Source of the DNA: a virus | Virus record (IMG/VR): IMGVR_UViG_3300020193_000007 | Span: 1 to 64,000 of that record | Strand: one strand, 5' to 3' | DNA length: 64,000 bases | In this document: piece by piece, positions 17,950 through 28,053 of the stretch | Numbering within the stretch: position 1 is the first letter of the stretch | How the letters are laid out: each line of letters starts with the position of its first letter | The notes under the pieces: model-generated | Databases searched by the model: none | What the model was told of the DNA's origin: nothing | Seen by the model: the letters and a program-made list of their open reading frames with translations, nothing else | Made by a program: the position numbers and the translations under genes

Positions 17950-18350
17950 TAGCTATCTTTTTTAAATTCTGTCCAAGTTTTGTCGCCTACACCATAGTAT
18001 TCCCTAGCAAGGCCCGCAGTAACAATATCGGTATTGAGACAGTTGCCACTTTGATCCCAGACTTTAGCTAAAACTCTACCATACTTTTCGTTCTTATCTA
18101 AGATAGTTTCTATTTTAACTTTATAATTTGCGCGAGTGAGCCACTGATCAGTAAACTCCTTTGCAGCTACCCCCTTTTGCTTTTCAGCTACATCTTTTGT
18201 TCGACTTTCTGGTGTATTTACACCATAAAGACGCACTCTACCTTTCCTAAGAGTATCAAAACCAAGGTCAATGATAATATCAAATGTGTCACCGTCAACT
18301 ACTTTTTTGACTTCTGCATTATATATCCATGGGTTCAATTTATCTGACAT
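17949..18350 (-). CDS. thermonuclease (SNase family)
   Basis: VVDGDT, RVRLYGVNTPE, KYGRVLA. Confidence 0.9.
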   Translation of the reverse strand: MSDKLNPWIYNAEVKKVVDGDTFDIIIDLGFDTLRKGRVRLYGVNTPESRTKDVAEKQKGVAAKEFTDQWLTRANYKVKIETILDKNEKYGRVLAKVWDQSGNCLNTDIVTAGLAREYYGVGDKTWTEFKKDS

Positions 18351-18351
18351 G

Positions 18352-19164
18352 TTAATCTCTTTCTATTCCTATGTAATCGCATGCTTTGCGAAATATTGAT
18401 TGACTTACCTTAAACTGTGCATCGGCGTGACTATAGCCCTCTCCCGGCTTAGGAGAAGAGGCATGCCAGCTGTGACCAATTGACACAGATCCATCATACA
18501 CTACATTATGGCCTAAATGTCTAGCAAAATACGAACACCAAGTCTCTTCATAGTAGTGGGGCGTTGGAAGAAACGCTCCTTTGGCGTCAGGATATAATTC
18601 CCTATACTTAGGATTGTTTGTTAGCTCATTCCATACGGATCTTCTGATAAAATATGCAGAACCGGATATGGTAACGCAATTAACTCTATCCTTATATAGT
18701 TCATCTAAAGGATCTGGTTGCATCCATCCCCTGAGTGTAGGTTTTTCATTAGTTCCAACTATACCAGCGTGCCTTATAAGGCCATATTCATCTCTTTGTT
18801 TTGGACCAAGGATGTGTACGTCTTGTTCTTGATTAAATATTCTACATATTTTTGTTATATCTTCGTTTGTAAACCAGACATCAGCATTAAGCAATCCTAT
18901 AACATTATTCGATCCAATGGCCGCAAGCTTATTGCACGCAGCTGAATAGCCAATGTTTTTATTTAAATACACTCTATCTATTAAATAGTCGTCTTCTTTA
19001 GACCTAAAGAAATCTACCGTATCATCGCTTGAACCGTTATCGGCTATATATAAATTCCAAAACTTTTCTGAATGATTTCCAGTGAATAATTGGTCGTGAA
19101 GACTGTTCAATAATCTTTCTAGTAGCGACCTAGTATTGTAATTGACAACACAAAGGTCTATCAC
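18352..19164 (-). CDS. family 2 glycosyltransferase (WbbL-like)
   Basis: VVNYNT, DNGSSDDT, NIGYSAACN, LLNAD, SGS, YYEE. Confidence 0.85.
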   Translation of the reverse strand: MIDLCVVNYNTRSLLERLLNSLHDQLFTGNHSEKFWNLYIADNGSSDDTVDFFRSKEDDYLIDRVYLNKNIGYSAACNKLAAIGSNNVIGLLNADVWFTNEDITKICRIFNQEQDVHILGPKQRDEYGLIRHAGIVGTNEKPTLRGWMQPDPLDELYKDRVNCVTISGSAYFIRRSVWNELTNNPKYRELYPDAKGAFLPTPHYYEETWCSYFARHLGHNVVYDGSVSIGHSWHASSPKPGEGYSHADAQFKVSQSIFRKACDYIGIERD

Positions 19165-19451
19165 ATCTTAGCCTTTGCTTTTGCTATCTCAAATGCATCT
19201 GACGGATTAAAACCCATCTCTAAATATTCGCAATATTCACCAACTGCCTCATTGAGATCTTCGTCAAAAAATTCTGTAAGTCTATTCGCGTACTGGTGAT
19301 GAGTAGGTCCCTGTTTATTTTTTTCTTTTATTGAGTTAAGGGATTTGTTATTTAGTTTTCCCAAAACAAATCCAATAGAGAATAGTATGACTAAATAGCC
19401 AGCTGATTTACCAGTCTTCATTATAACCATCGTATGAGACAACGTATACAT
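19161..19451 (-). CDS. hypothetical membrane-anchored protein
   Basis: N-terminal hydrophobic helix; true start probably MKTGK. Confidence 0.6.
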   Translation of the reverse strand: MYTLSHTMVIMKTGKSAGYLVILFSIGFVLGKLNNKSLNSIKEKNKQGPTHHQYANRLTEFFDEDLNEAVGEYCEYLEMGFNPSDAFEIAKAKAKM

Positions 19452-19644
19452 TTTCTATTGCAACATTCACTGCAGAAACCACTCTGGTATAGGTATCTCT
19501 ATCTTTGTCGGAAAGCTGCCCTCTAATCATGGCGGCATACGTCTTTTGTATATGCAATAGAACATCCAGATCTTCTATTAAAAAAGACTGATTATTTTCT
19601 AGCTTTATATTTACTTTTTTCTTTTGATTTGTTTTCTTACTCAT
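19408..19644 (-). CDS. hypothetical protein
   Basis: 78 aa, coupled ORF. Confidence 0.65.
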   Translation of the reverse strand: MSKKTNQKKKVNIKLENNQSFLIEDLDVLLHIQKTYAAMIRGQLSDKDRDTYTRVVSAVNVAIENVYVVSYDGYNEDW

Positions 19645-19870
19645 TTGCTTTCTTTTCTTTTATTTCAGCGTTTGCCACTTCTTCTTGTGGTACTTGATAA
19701 ACAGCTAAATCACCGGTATCTGGTTCATGTGTTATAAAGTATATTCTTTTATCCTCCAATTTGCAACCGTCTGGTGGAGGAGATTCTAGTGCAATTTTCT
19801 TAGACGCAGAGCCATAAACCTGACTTGACTTTTTGTGAACAACAATATAGTTCAATTTACCAGCCGCCAT
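19637..19870 (-). CDS. hypothetical protein
   Basis: 77 aa, directly after the thyX stop. Confidence 0.65.
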   Translation of the reverse strand: MAAGKLNYIVVHKKSSQVYGSASKKIALESPPPDGCKLEDKRIYFITHEPDTGDLAVYQVPQEEVANAEIKEKKANE

Positions 19871-20566
19871 TTATCTACCGGTAAGAGCCTTAATTGAAAC
19901 TGGAAACAGGGGTTGAATCAAATCATAAACTGCCTCTGCGTACTGTCTAATCTCATACTGAGAATCCTCAGCTAATCTTTGGTTTAAAAAATGAGCTACA
20001 GATTGTAGGCTACAAGACCACAAGTAAGGTTGATACATGGCATAGGCGGGCAAAAATAGTCTAGCCTGCTCTGGGGCCACGCCCTCCTCCATGGCCCACT
20101 TATAGAGGGCCTCAGCGTCCTCCAGATGCTGTATAAGCTTGCTGGAAAGCACTGCCCCTATCCAGGGGCCTATAGGGCCTCCTGAGCCCTGCTTACGGCT
20201 TTCTGGGGCTTGTCTCCACTCATCATTTTTGGGGATGTAAAACTCTGGCTCCAGGCTAATATATCTTCTTGAAGATTCATTCCAAGAATCCATCGTATGA
20301 TCCGATCCCACCACATACTTCCAGTGTTGTCTGGCAACCATTATGGGTGCGTTAAATTCAAACGTCGCAAATGCATGCCTAAAAGGCGACATGTGATTTT
20401 CTCTTGCCAAGAACTCCAATAGTCTTGCGTCTTGAACGGAAAACTCTTTAGACTCTTTTGCAAAAGAAACTCTAGCCGCATTTACAACGGACAGATCGCT
20501 ACCCATATGATCTACGAGTCTAACGTATCCCTTGTCCAATACCTTTACTGTATGCTGCTTTTCCAT
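19871..20566 (-). CDS. thyX: FAD-dependent thymidylate synthase
   Basis: VNAARVS, H.SPF, NE.SRRY, EQAR..LP, Q.EIR.YA. Confidence 0.93.
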   Translation of the reverse strand: MEKQHTVKVLDKGYVRLVDHMGSDLSVVNAARVSFAKESKEFSVQDARLLEFLARENHMSPFRHAFATFEFNAPIMVARQHWKYVVGSDHTMDSWNESSRRYISLEPEFYIPKNDEWRQAPESRKQGSGGPIGPWIGAVLSSKLIQHLEDAEALYKWAMEEGVAPEQARLFLPAYAMYQPYLWSCSLQSVAHFLNQRLAEDSQYEIRQYAEAVYDLIQPLFPVSIKALTGR

Positions 20567-20581
20567 AGCTACAGTATACCA
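20567..20581 (-). promoter_or_regulatory. extended -10 promoter (TGGTATACT), probably leaderless thyX transcript
   Basis: TGnTATACT 6 nt before the ATG, with no Shine-Dalgarno. Confidence 0.5.
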
Positions 20582-20608
20582 CCCAACTCGTTGTGTGTAT
20601 GGATGAAA

Positions 20609-22654
20609 TTATTGATTATCTTTTATATATTTTATTTCACAAGTATCCGTTGTACAATGTCTTTCTCCAATTGCATCGGCAGCCATGCCCGCATATACGC
20701 CAGTTAAATCAATTGGGAATAGTTTGTCGATTTGATTAAGGTATTCCTGTTCACTTATTTGCGCGTAAGGCATTTGAGGGTATGTGTCATTTCCGCTGGG
20801 CAAGAAGGATACCGTTTTTAATTGACCATCGTGCATGTGCAGAACTGTGCCAACATACCTAGATTCCGTATCTTTATCAAAAGAAACTGTAACTGAAACA
20901 GAGTTATCTGACCAATATCTTTGAGCAGTAGTAGCTAGGGCCATCTTCTCAAATATTGTGACGTCTTTCTCTGACCTAACTGCATCAGACTTGATTGGAA
21001 AATAAACCACCGATGTTGTGTCTGGAGATTCAGCTGCTGGTTCTATCTTGTAATTTGCCATTTTGAAAAGTGGAAGCATTGGGTCTTCGTTTGAAAACCT
21101 AATTGTTCTATTGAAAAATTTGCCACCTGGCGTCCAGTGAACTCCAGGAGATTCTCCAGCCAAAATTGAAACTGTACCAGATGGTTTTACAGTTGTCATT
21201 TTAATTGACTCCCTAATTCCAAGCCACTCAGAATACACGTTGTCATATCTTTGAATTGTTTTATAGCCTTGGTTCATCCACTCTTTCAGGATGGGCATAC
21301 CGTGGCGATCGGCAAAGTCGGCGACGCCTGACATAGAAGCACCTATTCTTCTGTTTCTTTGCATGATCGCATTAGTTTCTTCCCAGTGGGTCGGGAGAAG
21401 TGTTACTGTCTTGGCGTAAAGATACGCAAACTTAAGCGTTCTCTTGTAATCCTCAAGGCTATCGTGTCGTCCTAAGTAAGTTTCAACAAGCGTGCAACAT
21501 TCGTATGATTCAAGCGATTGTTCTGCGCAAGGATTATATCCAGCCACTCTGTGATCCTTGTTGTTGGGCGGGTCAATTAGTCTTCCATACTTTCTGGACA
21601 CATCCATCCAAATAACTCCCGGCTCTCCGTTAAGAGATATTCCCTCTATTATTGAGGAGAGATCTTTTCCCACCTCAGTTTCTATAGAGTTATTTGACAT
21701 CCAACCCCAGCCCGGAGAATTGGGATCATAAGAGTTTCTTTCCGGAAACTTATCCCTATTCTTTAAGTTAAGAAAATCTTGATCCTCTAATCTTCCGATA
21801 AGAAGTTCTGCAGATCGACGAACGTTGCCCGAAACAACACAAACTCCGATAAGATTACCTATGTCGGCTATGTCGACTCTAGTAAGTTTTTGCCCTTTTC
21901 TTTTATGAAATATTCTTGTTATGTGTTCGTGCATCTTTTCTAGTGGCTCGTGCCCTGCGGCCACTCCTCCAAATGTTTTTATTGGAGTACCAGCTGGCCT
22001 TATTTGCCCGTAATCAAAAGAGTATGATGGCTGATTTTCCTTGAGAAAAGAATTTATCAAAAGCGTCAAAGATTCAACCCAACCTTCTCTTGTATCTGGT
22101 ATAACATAATGAGCGCTATCCTTGGGTTCGTATACAATAAAATCTTTATCAGCCCCCTTATCATCAAACCCGACACCAACACCCAGCATCGAAGCCTCCA
22201 TGAGAAACGCAAAAGGCCTAGCTGGATTTAGTTTTGTCATTTCTGCTGTAGAAACAAATGCGCAGTTTTGTAGTGCTGCCGAGTTCTTTTGAACATTCAC
22301 TATATTTGTACCCATGGCCCACAAACCTCTGCCAGGAGGAGTCCACTTAAGGTTAAAAAGTCTATCGAAGGCTTCTTTGGCGGAAGATTGTGCCTTAGAG
22401 TCGTTCCAGGGCAATCTATTCTTCTTGCAGTGTTCTTTCTGCAAAGAGTACATTCCATTTACCACTCTTTCGCATACGTCAACCCAAGTTTCTTTTGCCC
22501 CATCGTCCTTTAGTCTTGAATAGGTTCTTAGAAATGTTATTTCCCCCACAGAATTTCCTGCCGCGTCTTTGTAGCCGAATGGTACAACCTTGTTTTTGTA
22601 GGTGCTGATAAATTCTTCACTTAAATTAAATAAAAACATATCTGTGGTAACCAT
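20609..22654 (-). CDS. nrdJ: adenosylcobalamin-dependent class II ribonucleotide reductase
   Basis: RTYSR, PPGRGLW, NC, GNVRRSA, NPCAEQ.L...ECC.L, TTVKPSGT. Confidence 0.93.
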   Translation of the reverse strand: MVTTDMFLFNLSEEFISTYKNKVVPFGYKDAAGNSVGEITFLRTYSRLKDDGAKETWVDVCERVVNGMYSLQKEHCKKNRLPWNDSKAQSSAKEAFDRLFNLKWTPPGRGLWAMGTNIVNVQKNSAALQNCAFVSTAEMTKLNPARPFAFLMEASMLGVGVGFDDKGADKDFIVYEPKDSAHYVIPDTREGWVESLTLLINSFLKENQPSYSFDYGQIRPAGTPIKTFGGVAAGHEPLEKMHEHITRIFHKRKGQKLTRVDIADIGNLIGVCVVSGNVRRSAELLIGRLEDQDFLNLKNRDKFPERNSYDPNSPGWGWMSNNSIETEVGKDLSSIIEGISLNGEPGVIWMDVSRKYGRLIDPPNNKDHRVAGYNPCAEQSLESYECCTLVETYLGRHDSLEDYKRTLKFAYLYAKTVTLLPTHWEETNAIMQRNRRIGASMSGVADFADRHGMPILKEWMNQGYKTIQRYDNVYSEWLGIRESIKMTTVKPSGTVSILAGESPGVHWTPGGKFFNRTIRFSNEDPMLPLFKMANYKIEPAAESPDTTSVVYFPIKSDAVRSEKDVTIFEKMALATTAQRYWSDNSVSVTVSFDKDTESRYVGTVLHMHDGQLKTVSFLPSGNDTYPQMPYAQISEQEYLNQIDKLFPIDLTGVYAGMAADAIGERHCTTDTCEIKYIKDNQ

Positions 22655-22657
22655 AAA

Positions 22658-23353
22658 CTATTCAATAACCTTTCTAATGTAGTTGGAATTTGTCTTTTGT
22701 ATTTCTGATTTTTTAATCTTAATAATCTGATCCAAAGAATATACCTTGTATATTTCTTTTTCAACAAAATATCCGCTTTTCCAGTTTAAGACTCTTTCTA
22801 CGTTGGAAGAGTAATTAGTAAATAGATTACAAAGAACTGCGCCACCGTAAATCCTAACAAGATTCTTCATTTTTGTCACAGACTTCTCTTTTAATTCTTG
22901 ATTTACAAATTTTTCCTGATTCACCTTCTCGTTTAACCAATTATAAGCCTGTCTTGTTAATGGCGGTATATCAATATGCTCAAAAATTCCAAATTTCATT
23001 ATGGTTAATCTATTTTTTTCTATTTGCAAATCTGATTTGACAACTTCCTTAAACATTTCAAACCAATCTCTCTCATTAAATTGAGGCCAGCCTGCAACCC
23101 AAAAAATGAGTACGTGGTTTTCTTCTGGTATTGCGGTCTTGTTGACAATTGGCGAAAGACATGCGCACGCAATGCACTTCTTTACTACTTCTTTTGCTTT
23201 TTCCTCCCCATGTCTTTTGGATTGCACAGTCCATAGTTGGGATATTTTTTCTGGCCAATTTGATTCGCCAAGATACAACGTTAAATATTTATCTGCGACA
23301 TCTATTGAAAGAGAATTATTTTTGATTAGTTGATCCATCATCTGTATAGACAT
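22658..23353 (-). CDS. hypothetical protein
   Basis: 231 aa, AAGGAGG RBS. Confidence 0.75.
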   Translation of the reverse strand: MSIQMMDQLIKNNSLSIDVADKYLTLYLGESNWPEKISQLWTVQSKRHGEEKAKEVVKKCIACACLSPIVNKTAIPEENHVLIFWVAGWPQFNERDWFEMFKEVVKSDLQIEKNRLTIMKFGIFEHIDIPPLTRQAYNWLNEKVNQEKFVNQELKEKSVTKMKNLVRIYGGAVLCNLFTNYSSNVERVLNWKSGYFVEKEIYKVYSLDQIIKIKKSEIQKTNSNYIRKVIE

Positions 23354-23408
23354 ATCTAATCCTCCTTAGCTCCATCAAAACATATAAACGTGCCCTAATA
23401 AATCGAAA

Positions 23409-23455
23409 TTCCCGCACATTTGTGCGGGAACTCGAAACACCCACCTATTATAGCA
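23409..23455 (-). promoter_or_regulatory. extended -10 (TGCTATAAT) followed by a 9 bp GC-rich hairpin, at the structural/metabolic module boundary
   Basis: TGCTATAAT at 23447-23455; on the plus strand TTCCCGCAC-attt-GTGCGGGAA at 23409-23430. Confidence 0.55.
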
Positions 23456-23473
23456 GGTTTATTGCACGATTGT

Positions 23474-24061
23474 CTACAGAGCTTTTGCGGAAGGAACTCC
23501 TTTATATTCGTTAACCTTATTTCTTCCGTATTCAGAAGATGTATTTGACTGTCCATATCCAGATGGAAATACTTCAGTTGAACTTACTCCGTCAAATATA
23601 TAGTTGTTGTAGAGGCTGTAGGATGTTACCCTCTTTTCATGACCATAGCCGGAAGAAAAGACATCTGCTGATGTAACGCCATCAAAAATGTAATTGCTAT
23701 ACAGGGCGTACGGTCTCGTTCTATCCGAAGAATGACCATAAGACCCGGACAATATGCCAGATACTCCCTTGAATTCCTTTGGCTTAAACCTTGCCCCATC
23801 GTAGCCCGCGCCATCTGCAAATGTTCCCGAAAGAGGATGGATATAAAGAGTCGTACCATTGAAAACCTGAGACAAGAACACATTACCTGGATGATGGCCA
23901 GTGCCCGGAACGTGATCCTTATCTGGACCACCATCTAGGACGCCCTTGGCAAATAATGGATAATAGGAATAGGTTCCAGCCGTGCCCTTAAAGGGGTTGA
24001 TCATATCCTTGGTGTTTCGACCTCTAAGAACCGGTCTTGGACCAACATAAAAAGTAGCCAT
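23474..24061 (-). CDS. Gly/Tyr-rich hypothetical protein with internal ~30 aa repeats
   Basis: AAGGAG RBS; repeat GYGH...Y.LY.NYIFDGV.S..VF.S. Confidence 0.75.
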   Translation of the reverse strand: MATFYVGPRPVLRGRNTKDMINPFKGTAGTYSYYPLFAKGVLDGGPDKDHVPGTGHHPGNVFLSQVFNGTTLYIHPLSGTFADGAGYDGARFKPKEFKGVSGILSGSYGHSSDRTRPYALYSNYIFDGVTSADVFSSGYGHEKRVTSYSLYNNYIFDGVSSTEVFPSGYGQSNTSSEYGRNKVNEYKGVPSAKAL

Positions 24062-24126
24062 TTATATTCTCCTTATTGAAGAAAGGTAACTATATAGTAA
24101 AAACAATAATGCTTTTTCACCATATC

Positions 24127-25389
24127 TTACAGATTATAATTCACTTCTACAATTAAATCTGATAGAACTGGGGGTATCTTATTTTCAAGCATCGCTAGGC
24201 TTACCTCTATATAAACGTGGCTTGAAGTGTTTGGGTTTGTTAAAACATAGTTTGACCCAGATGGGTAAAATATCCTATAGGAAAATACACTATTTAAAAG
24301 AGACTGAGGTAATGTGTATATTTTGGGTGAAACGTTTAAGATTTCATTTATTGTTTTTCCTGCGGGAGCGTCAAATCTAATGAAAGTTCTTCCTGTCTCA
24401 ATAAATTTTTCATATCTTACGTCTATATCGCTTAATCCATACGTGTAAACGTAAGAGCTGTTTTCTTTAATATAGTTTCTTTGCCTTAACAAAACTCTAA
24501 TGGCTGTTATTTTTTTATCGGCGCAATAAAACTTCTGAGGACCAGAATTAATAATTGCATCGGATCCCACTATCGACCAGCCACCTGGAGCCACCTTACC
24601 TACGGCATCGTATTCCTGATCGTAATATCCGTAACTGAGTGGATAATAACCGTCTTTATCCGACATGCTCGGATTAGCAGCGGTTGTATATTCTACTTTA
24701 ATTATATCAACTCCGTTGGAGGGAAATGGAGAAAGTGACACACAATTACTCAAAGAATTGCCAATTGATCCTGTTGGTATTTTTATGTAGAAAAACATGC
24801 TTACGCCAAGTGGATTGGGTTCATTTAAAATAACATTTCTTCTCCACACCTTATCTGGCTGATTGATGAATGCATTTTGAACCGGGGTGGTATCTATAAA
24901 CGCTCCACTTCCATCTCCTCCAGCAATATTTGGATCTATTCTTGTTTCCAAAAAATCTGGGACTACCTGACCCTTAAGGGCGTTAACATATTTAATTTTA
25001 GAATGAGATGAACCAATGATTTGCGGGAGCGTTAAGTCATTATAATACTCATTAAAGACCAATGCTTGAGAAGCTGGTATGGCGTAAGGGGTGTTTATAA
25101 ATGGCACCAGGTCTATTTGATTTTTGGAATGAATTGAAAGTTGATTTGTATTAATACTTTCAATTACCCTAATTCTATCAGCCAAATTTTTAACTGCAGA
25201 AGATAAAAAGATATTTTCTTTTATTATTCTTTCAATTATTTCAGATATTTTTTTATCAACAACAGAATATTTATTATAAAGATAAACTAAATCCGCATAA
25301 TTTTGCTCTATGCGCTCATTAAAATCTGAACTAGATATAGGTCCATGATATTGAATGGGCTTTTTTTGAGTGTAAATAAACTCTGACAT
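24127..25389 (-). CDS. putative virion structural protein
   Basis: 420 aa, N-terminal coiled coil then beta-rich; in the structural block. Confidence 0.65.
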   Translation of the reverse strand: MSEFIYTQKKPIQYHGPISSSDFNERIEQNYADLVYLYNKYSVVDKKISEIIERIIKENIFLSSAVKNLADRIRVIESINTNQLSIHSKNQIDLVPFINTPYAIPASQALVFNEYYNDLTLPQIIGSSHSKIKYVNALKGQVVPDFLETRIDPNIAGGDGSGAFIDTTPVQNAFINQPDKVWRRNVILNEPNPLGVSMFFYIKIPTGSIGNSLSNCVSLSPFPSNGVDIIKVEYTTAANPSMSDKDGYYPLSYGYYDQEYDAVGKVAPGGWSIVGSDAIINSGPQKFYCADKKITAIRVLLRQRNYIKENSSYVYTYGLSDIDVRYEKFIETGRTFIRFDAPAGKTINEILNVSPKIYTLPQSLLNSVFSYRIFYPSGSNYVLTNPNTSSHVYIEVSLAMLENKIPPVLSDLIVEVNYNL

Positions 25390-25397
25390 CTTATCTC

Positions 25398-25835
25398 CTA
25401 ATTATCTTTCTGCAGTGCGCCTTCGATTAAGCTAAGTTTACGCATTAACCAATCTATATGAGCGCTGTTTTTTTGGAATTTTTCAAACCTTAGGCTTTCA
25501 TTAAAATAAGGCGTCGACTGCTCAACAATATACTCGTTGCTATCCTCGTCATAATAGATGTTCTGCGAATATATGGTCATTTTTAAATCTTCATTTAAAT
25601 AGTAATCCGGAGTAGCTGCATATAGATTATTTCCCAACATTGTTGATATATTATCTATTTGATTACTTAATACGTCTAATTTAGACTTAAGTTTGTTAAT
25701 ATCCAATAAGAATTGATCGTTAAATAAGTTTAAAACACTAGAAGGTATTGGACCCCTGTAGGTAAGCCTATGCCTCTGAAGATTGGGTTCAAAGATGTTT
25801 TCTCTTTTATTGAAATCTGAATGTGATATTGCCAT
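25398..25835 (-). CDS. putative virion structural protein
   Basis: 145 aa; shares an N-terminal Y.GPI.S motif with 24127-25389. Confidence 0.65.
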   Translation of the reverse strand: MAISHSDFNKRENIFEPNLQRHRLTYRGPIPSSVLNLFNDQFLLDINKLKSKLDVLSNQIDNISTMLGNNLYAATPDYYLNEDLKMTIYSQNIYYDEDSNEYIVEQSTPYFNESLRFEKFQKNSAHIDWLMRKLSLIEGALQKDN

Positions 25836-25843
25836 GGGCTCCC

Positions 25844-28051
25844 CTAATGCTTAAACTTTAGTGTGTAAGAGATTACTGATGGTGCAGAATAGGAATCAGC
25901 ACCCCTGAATAGATCTGCTCTAACCCTGATTGATTCAGGAGATTTTTCACTATTAGTTAAATAATATACTTTTGTTCCGTCTTTAATTTCCTCTGTTCTT
26001 CTATAAATTATTTCTAAATTATTTTCATAATTTATTACAGAAAATACATTATCTATATTAGAATATTTAGTGCGCAAATCTTCTTGCTTTACAAAGTAAA
26101 AGTAGTTTTGATAAACTTCAGAATTTGGAATAGAAATAAGTGACACTCCCTCCATCAGGGATATTGCCCCGTTAAACGGCGTTTTAACGCCCTGTGAATC
26201 ATTTGTCGATTTGTTAATTATTAAAACAATTGAATTTTGACCTTTTTTAAAATTCCAAGTTAGGGAAGATAAAAGTGTTCCCGCAGACAATGCTCCTCCT
26301 GCGGAAATTAAGACACCGTTAAGATAAACTTCGATATCCCAGTATTGAGCGGATAAAGACTTTAGAAAATTTTTGGTCATTGTTATAGAATTTTCCATAT
26401 AAATATTTGTAGAAATATAAATACTACCATAGGGAACATTTTGGGCTTGATAAAATTCTTGATTATCACCAAGTGAGATATTAAATTTATTTGCGATAAT
26501 GTCTTTTCTGGCACCGGTGATAATTTGCTGCCAAGAATCCCTGCCCAGAGACGTGCCTGTCACCAAAGCGGCTAACACCTGATTGCTTTCGGTATTTTCA
26601 AGCATATAAACATCGTATGGGTCAGTGTCTTTCGGGAATTTTGCCAATCTATAAACGCTAAACCCATTTTGAACAGCGTCATTTCTATAGGAAAAGTCTT
26701 TTATTGGATTATTGTATTGGGTTGATCTTGGAATTCTAGTCATTTCACTTTTTGTAGATTGAATACTGCTGGTAGTGGCGGGGACTATTCTTGATTCAAT
26801 TCTGTTAGACCCCTTAAAAGAAACTACACTTGAGTTTGAGGCATTTTTTAATGAAGCTGGCGATACCTGCGTCCAATTGTAGTCATTAATAAATTTTTCA
26901 TTTCCCTTTTCTTCAGCTATATAATAATTTATTGAAGTACCTTTTGGAATCTGATGATTGGCCTCAAAATATACGGAGTCAATAGTTAAAGTTTTATTTT
27001 GATTTACCGGCAATGATATTGGTTGACTGACAAAAGTGGCTGATGAATCGTAGTATGGGGCTGTAATGATCAGCTCATTAATTCTAAAATCATAAACGTA
27101 ATTAATTTGATTAGAAGTATTTTGAATATAATCTGGTTCTGTTTTTGTAAGGAATAATTCTATATTTGAAGTAACGGTTGTCGGAAATGAAAAAGAGAAT
27201 GAATCAAAATCAGATGAGCCAGATTTTGAGAATGTCATTGGATTTGCGATATCATTTACCCTATTGATCACCACATCTACATCAACAGATTTCTTAGAAT
27301 TTAACCTACCCTCTACGAGAGAAATGCCAGACAGGTTTGTTCCAGCGGATGAAATTGGTATTGATATCTTTAGCGAACACAAACCTATTGATGGAGATTG
27401 AAATGCATACCTCCATTCAGAATTATTTAATCCATTAAATACGTTTGCCAAATTGACGGAAGGAATGCCATACACTTTTTTGCCATCTAAAAAAATTTCG
27501 ATCGAGGCGCTAGAAACTTTGCTTATAATATTTCCAATATAATTAAATGTTCCGGAAGTTAACTGTGGAATAGTTAACTTTCTTGCTGATACGTCAACAA
27601 TAGCAGATGTTTTTGATAAATCGGTAAGAGCCGTATTGTTAAAGGCATTAGTATGACTATAGTAAAATCCATCTGTATTGTTTATTGCAAAAAGTTTGTC
27701 ATCTATATTTTTTTCTAATTCAGCTCTTCTAGACTTAAGGCTTTCAATTCTAGAATTAAATGCCGTTATTAGATCATATAAGTCACTAATTTGTTCATGA
27801 AAAGAATCATATAAAACATCTACATTAAAAGACGTGTGTGCTGTAATTTGATTAATTTTTTCAACATCAATTATTGAACTTGCAGAAAGGTCGTTATAAG
27901 GAACTGGAATCGGAAATCCCGGTCTATATCTACTAAAATATCTTCCGAATATGGTTGATATCTCACTTTCACTAGGCTTGTTTCCAAGTGAATAGTATAT
28001 TTTGTATATTGTCTCTAAAAATCTTTTTTTCTGTATATTTTCTATTGTCAT
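25844..28051 (-). CDS. putative virion structural protein
   Basis: 735 aa, coiled coil plus beta-rich body. Confidence 0.65.
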   Translation of the reverse strand: MTIENIQKKRFLETIYKIYYSLGNKPSESEISTIFGRYFSRYRPGFPIPVPYNDLSASSIIDVEKINQITAHTSFNVDVLYDSFHEQISDLYDLITAFNSRIESLKSRRAELEKNIDDKLFAINNTDGFYYSHTNAFNNTALTDLSKTSAIVDVSARKLTIPQLTSGTFNYIGNIISKVSSASIEIFLDGKKVYGIPSVNLANVFNGLNNSEWRYAFQSPSIGLCSLKISIPISSAGTNLSGISLVEGRLNSKKSVDVDVVINRVNDIANPMTFSKSGSSDFDSFSFSFPTTVTSNIELFLTKTEPDYIQNTSNQINYVYDFRINELIITAPYYDSSATFVSQPISLPVNQNKTLTIDSVYFEANHQIPKGTSINYYIAEEKGNEKFINDYNWTQVSPASLKNASNSSVVSFKGSNRIESRIVPATTSSIQSTKSEMTRIPRSTQYNNPIKDFSYRNDAVQNGFSVYRLAKFPKDTDPYDVYMLENTESNQVLAALVTGTSLGRDSWQQIITGARKDIIANKFNISLGDNQEFYQAQNVPYGSIYISTNIYMENSITMTKNFLKSLSAQYWDIEVYLNGVLISAGGALSAGTLLSSLTWNFKKGQNSIVLIINKSTNDSQGVKTPFNGAISLMEGVSLISIPNSEVYQNYFYFVKQEDLRTKYSNIDNVFSVINYENNLEIIYRRTEEIKDGTKVYYLTNSEKSPESIRVRADLFRGADSYSAPSVISYTLKFKH

Positions 28052-28053
28052 AA

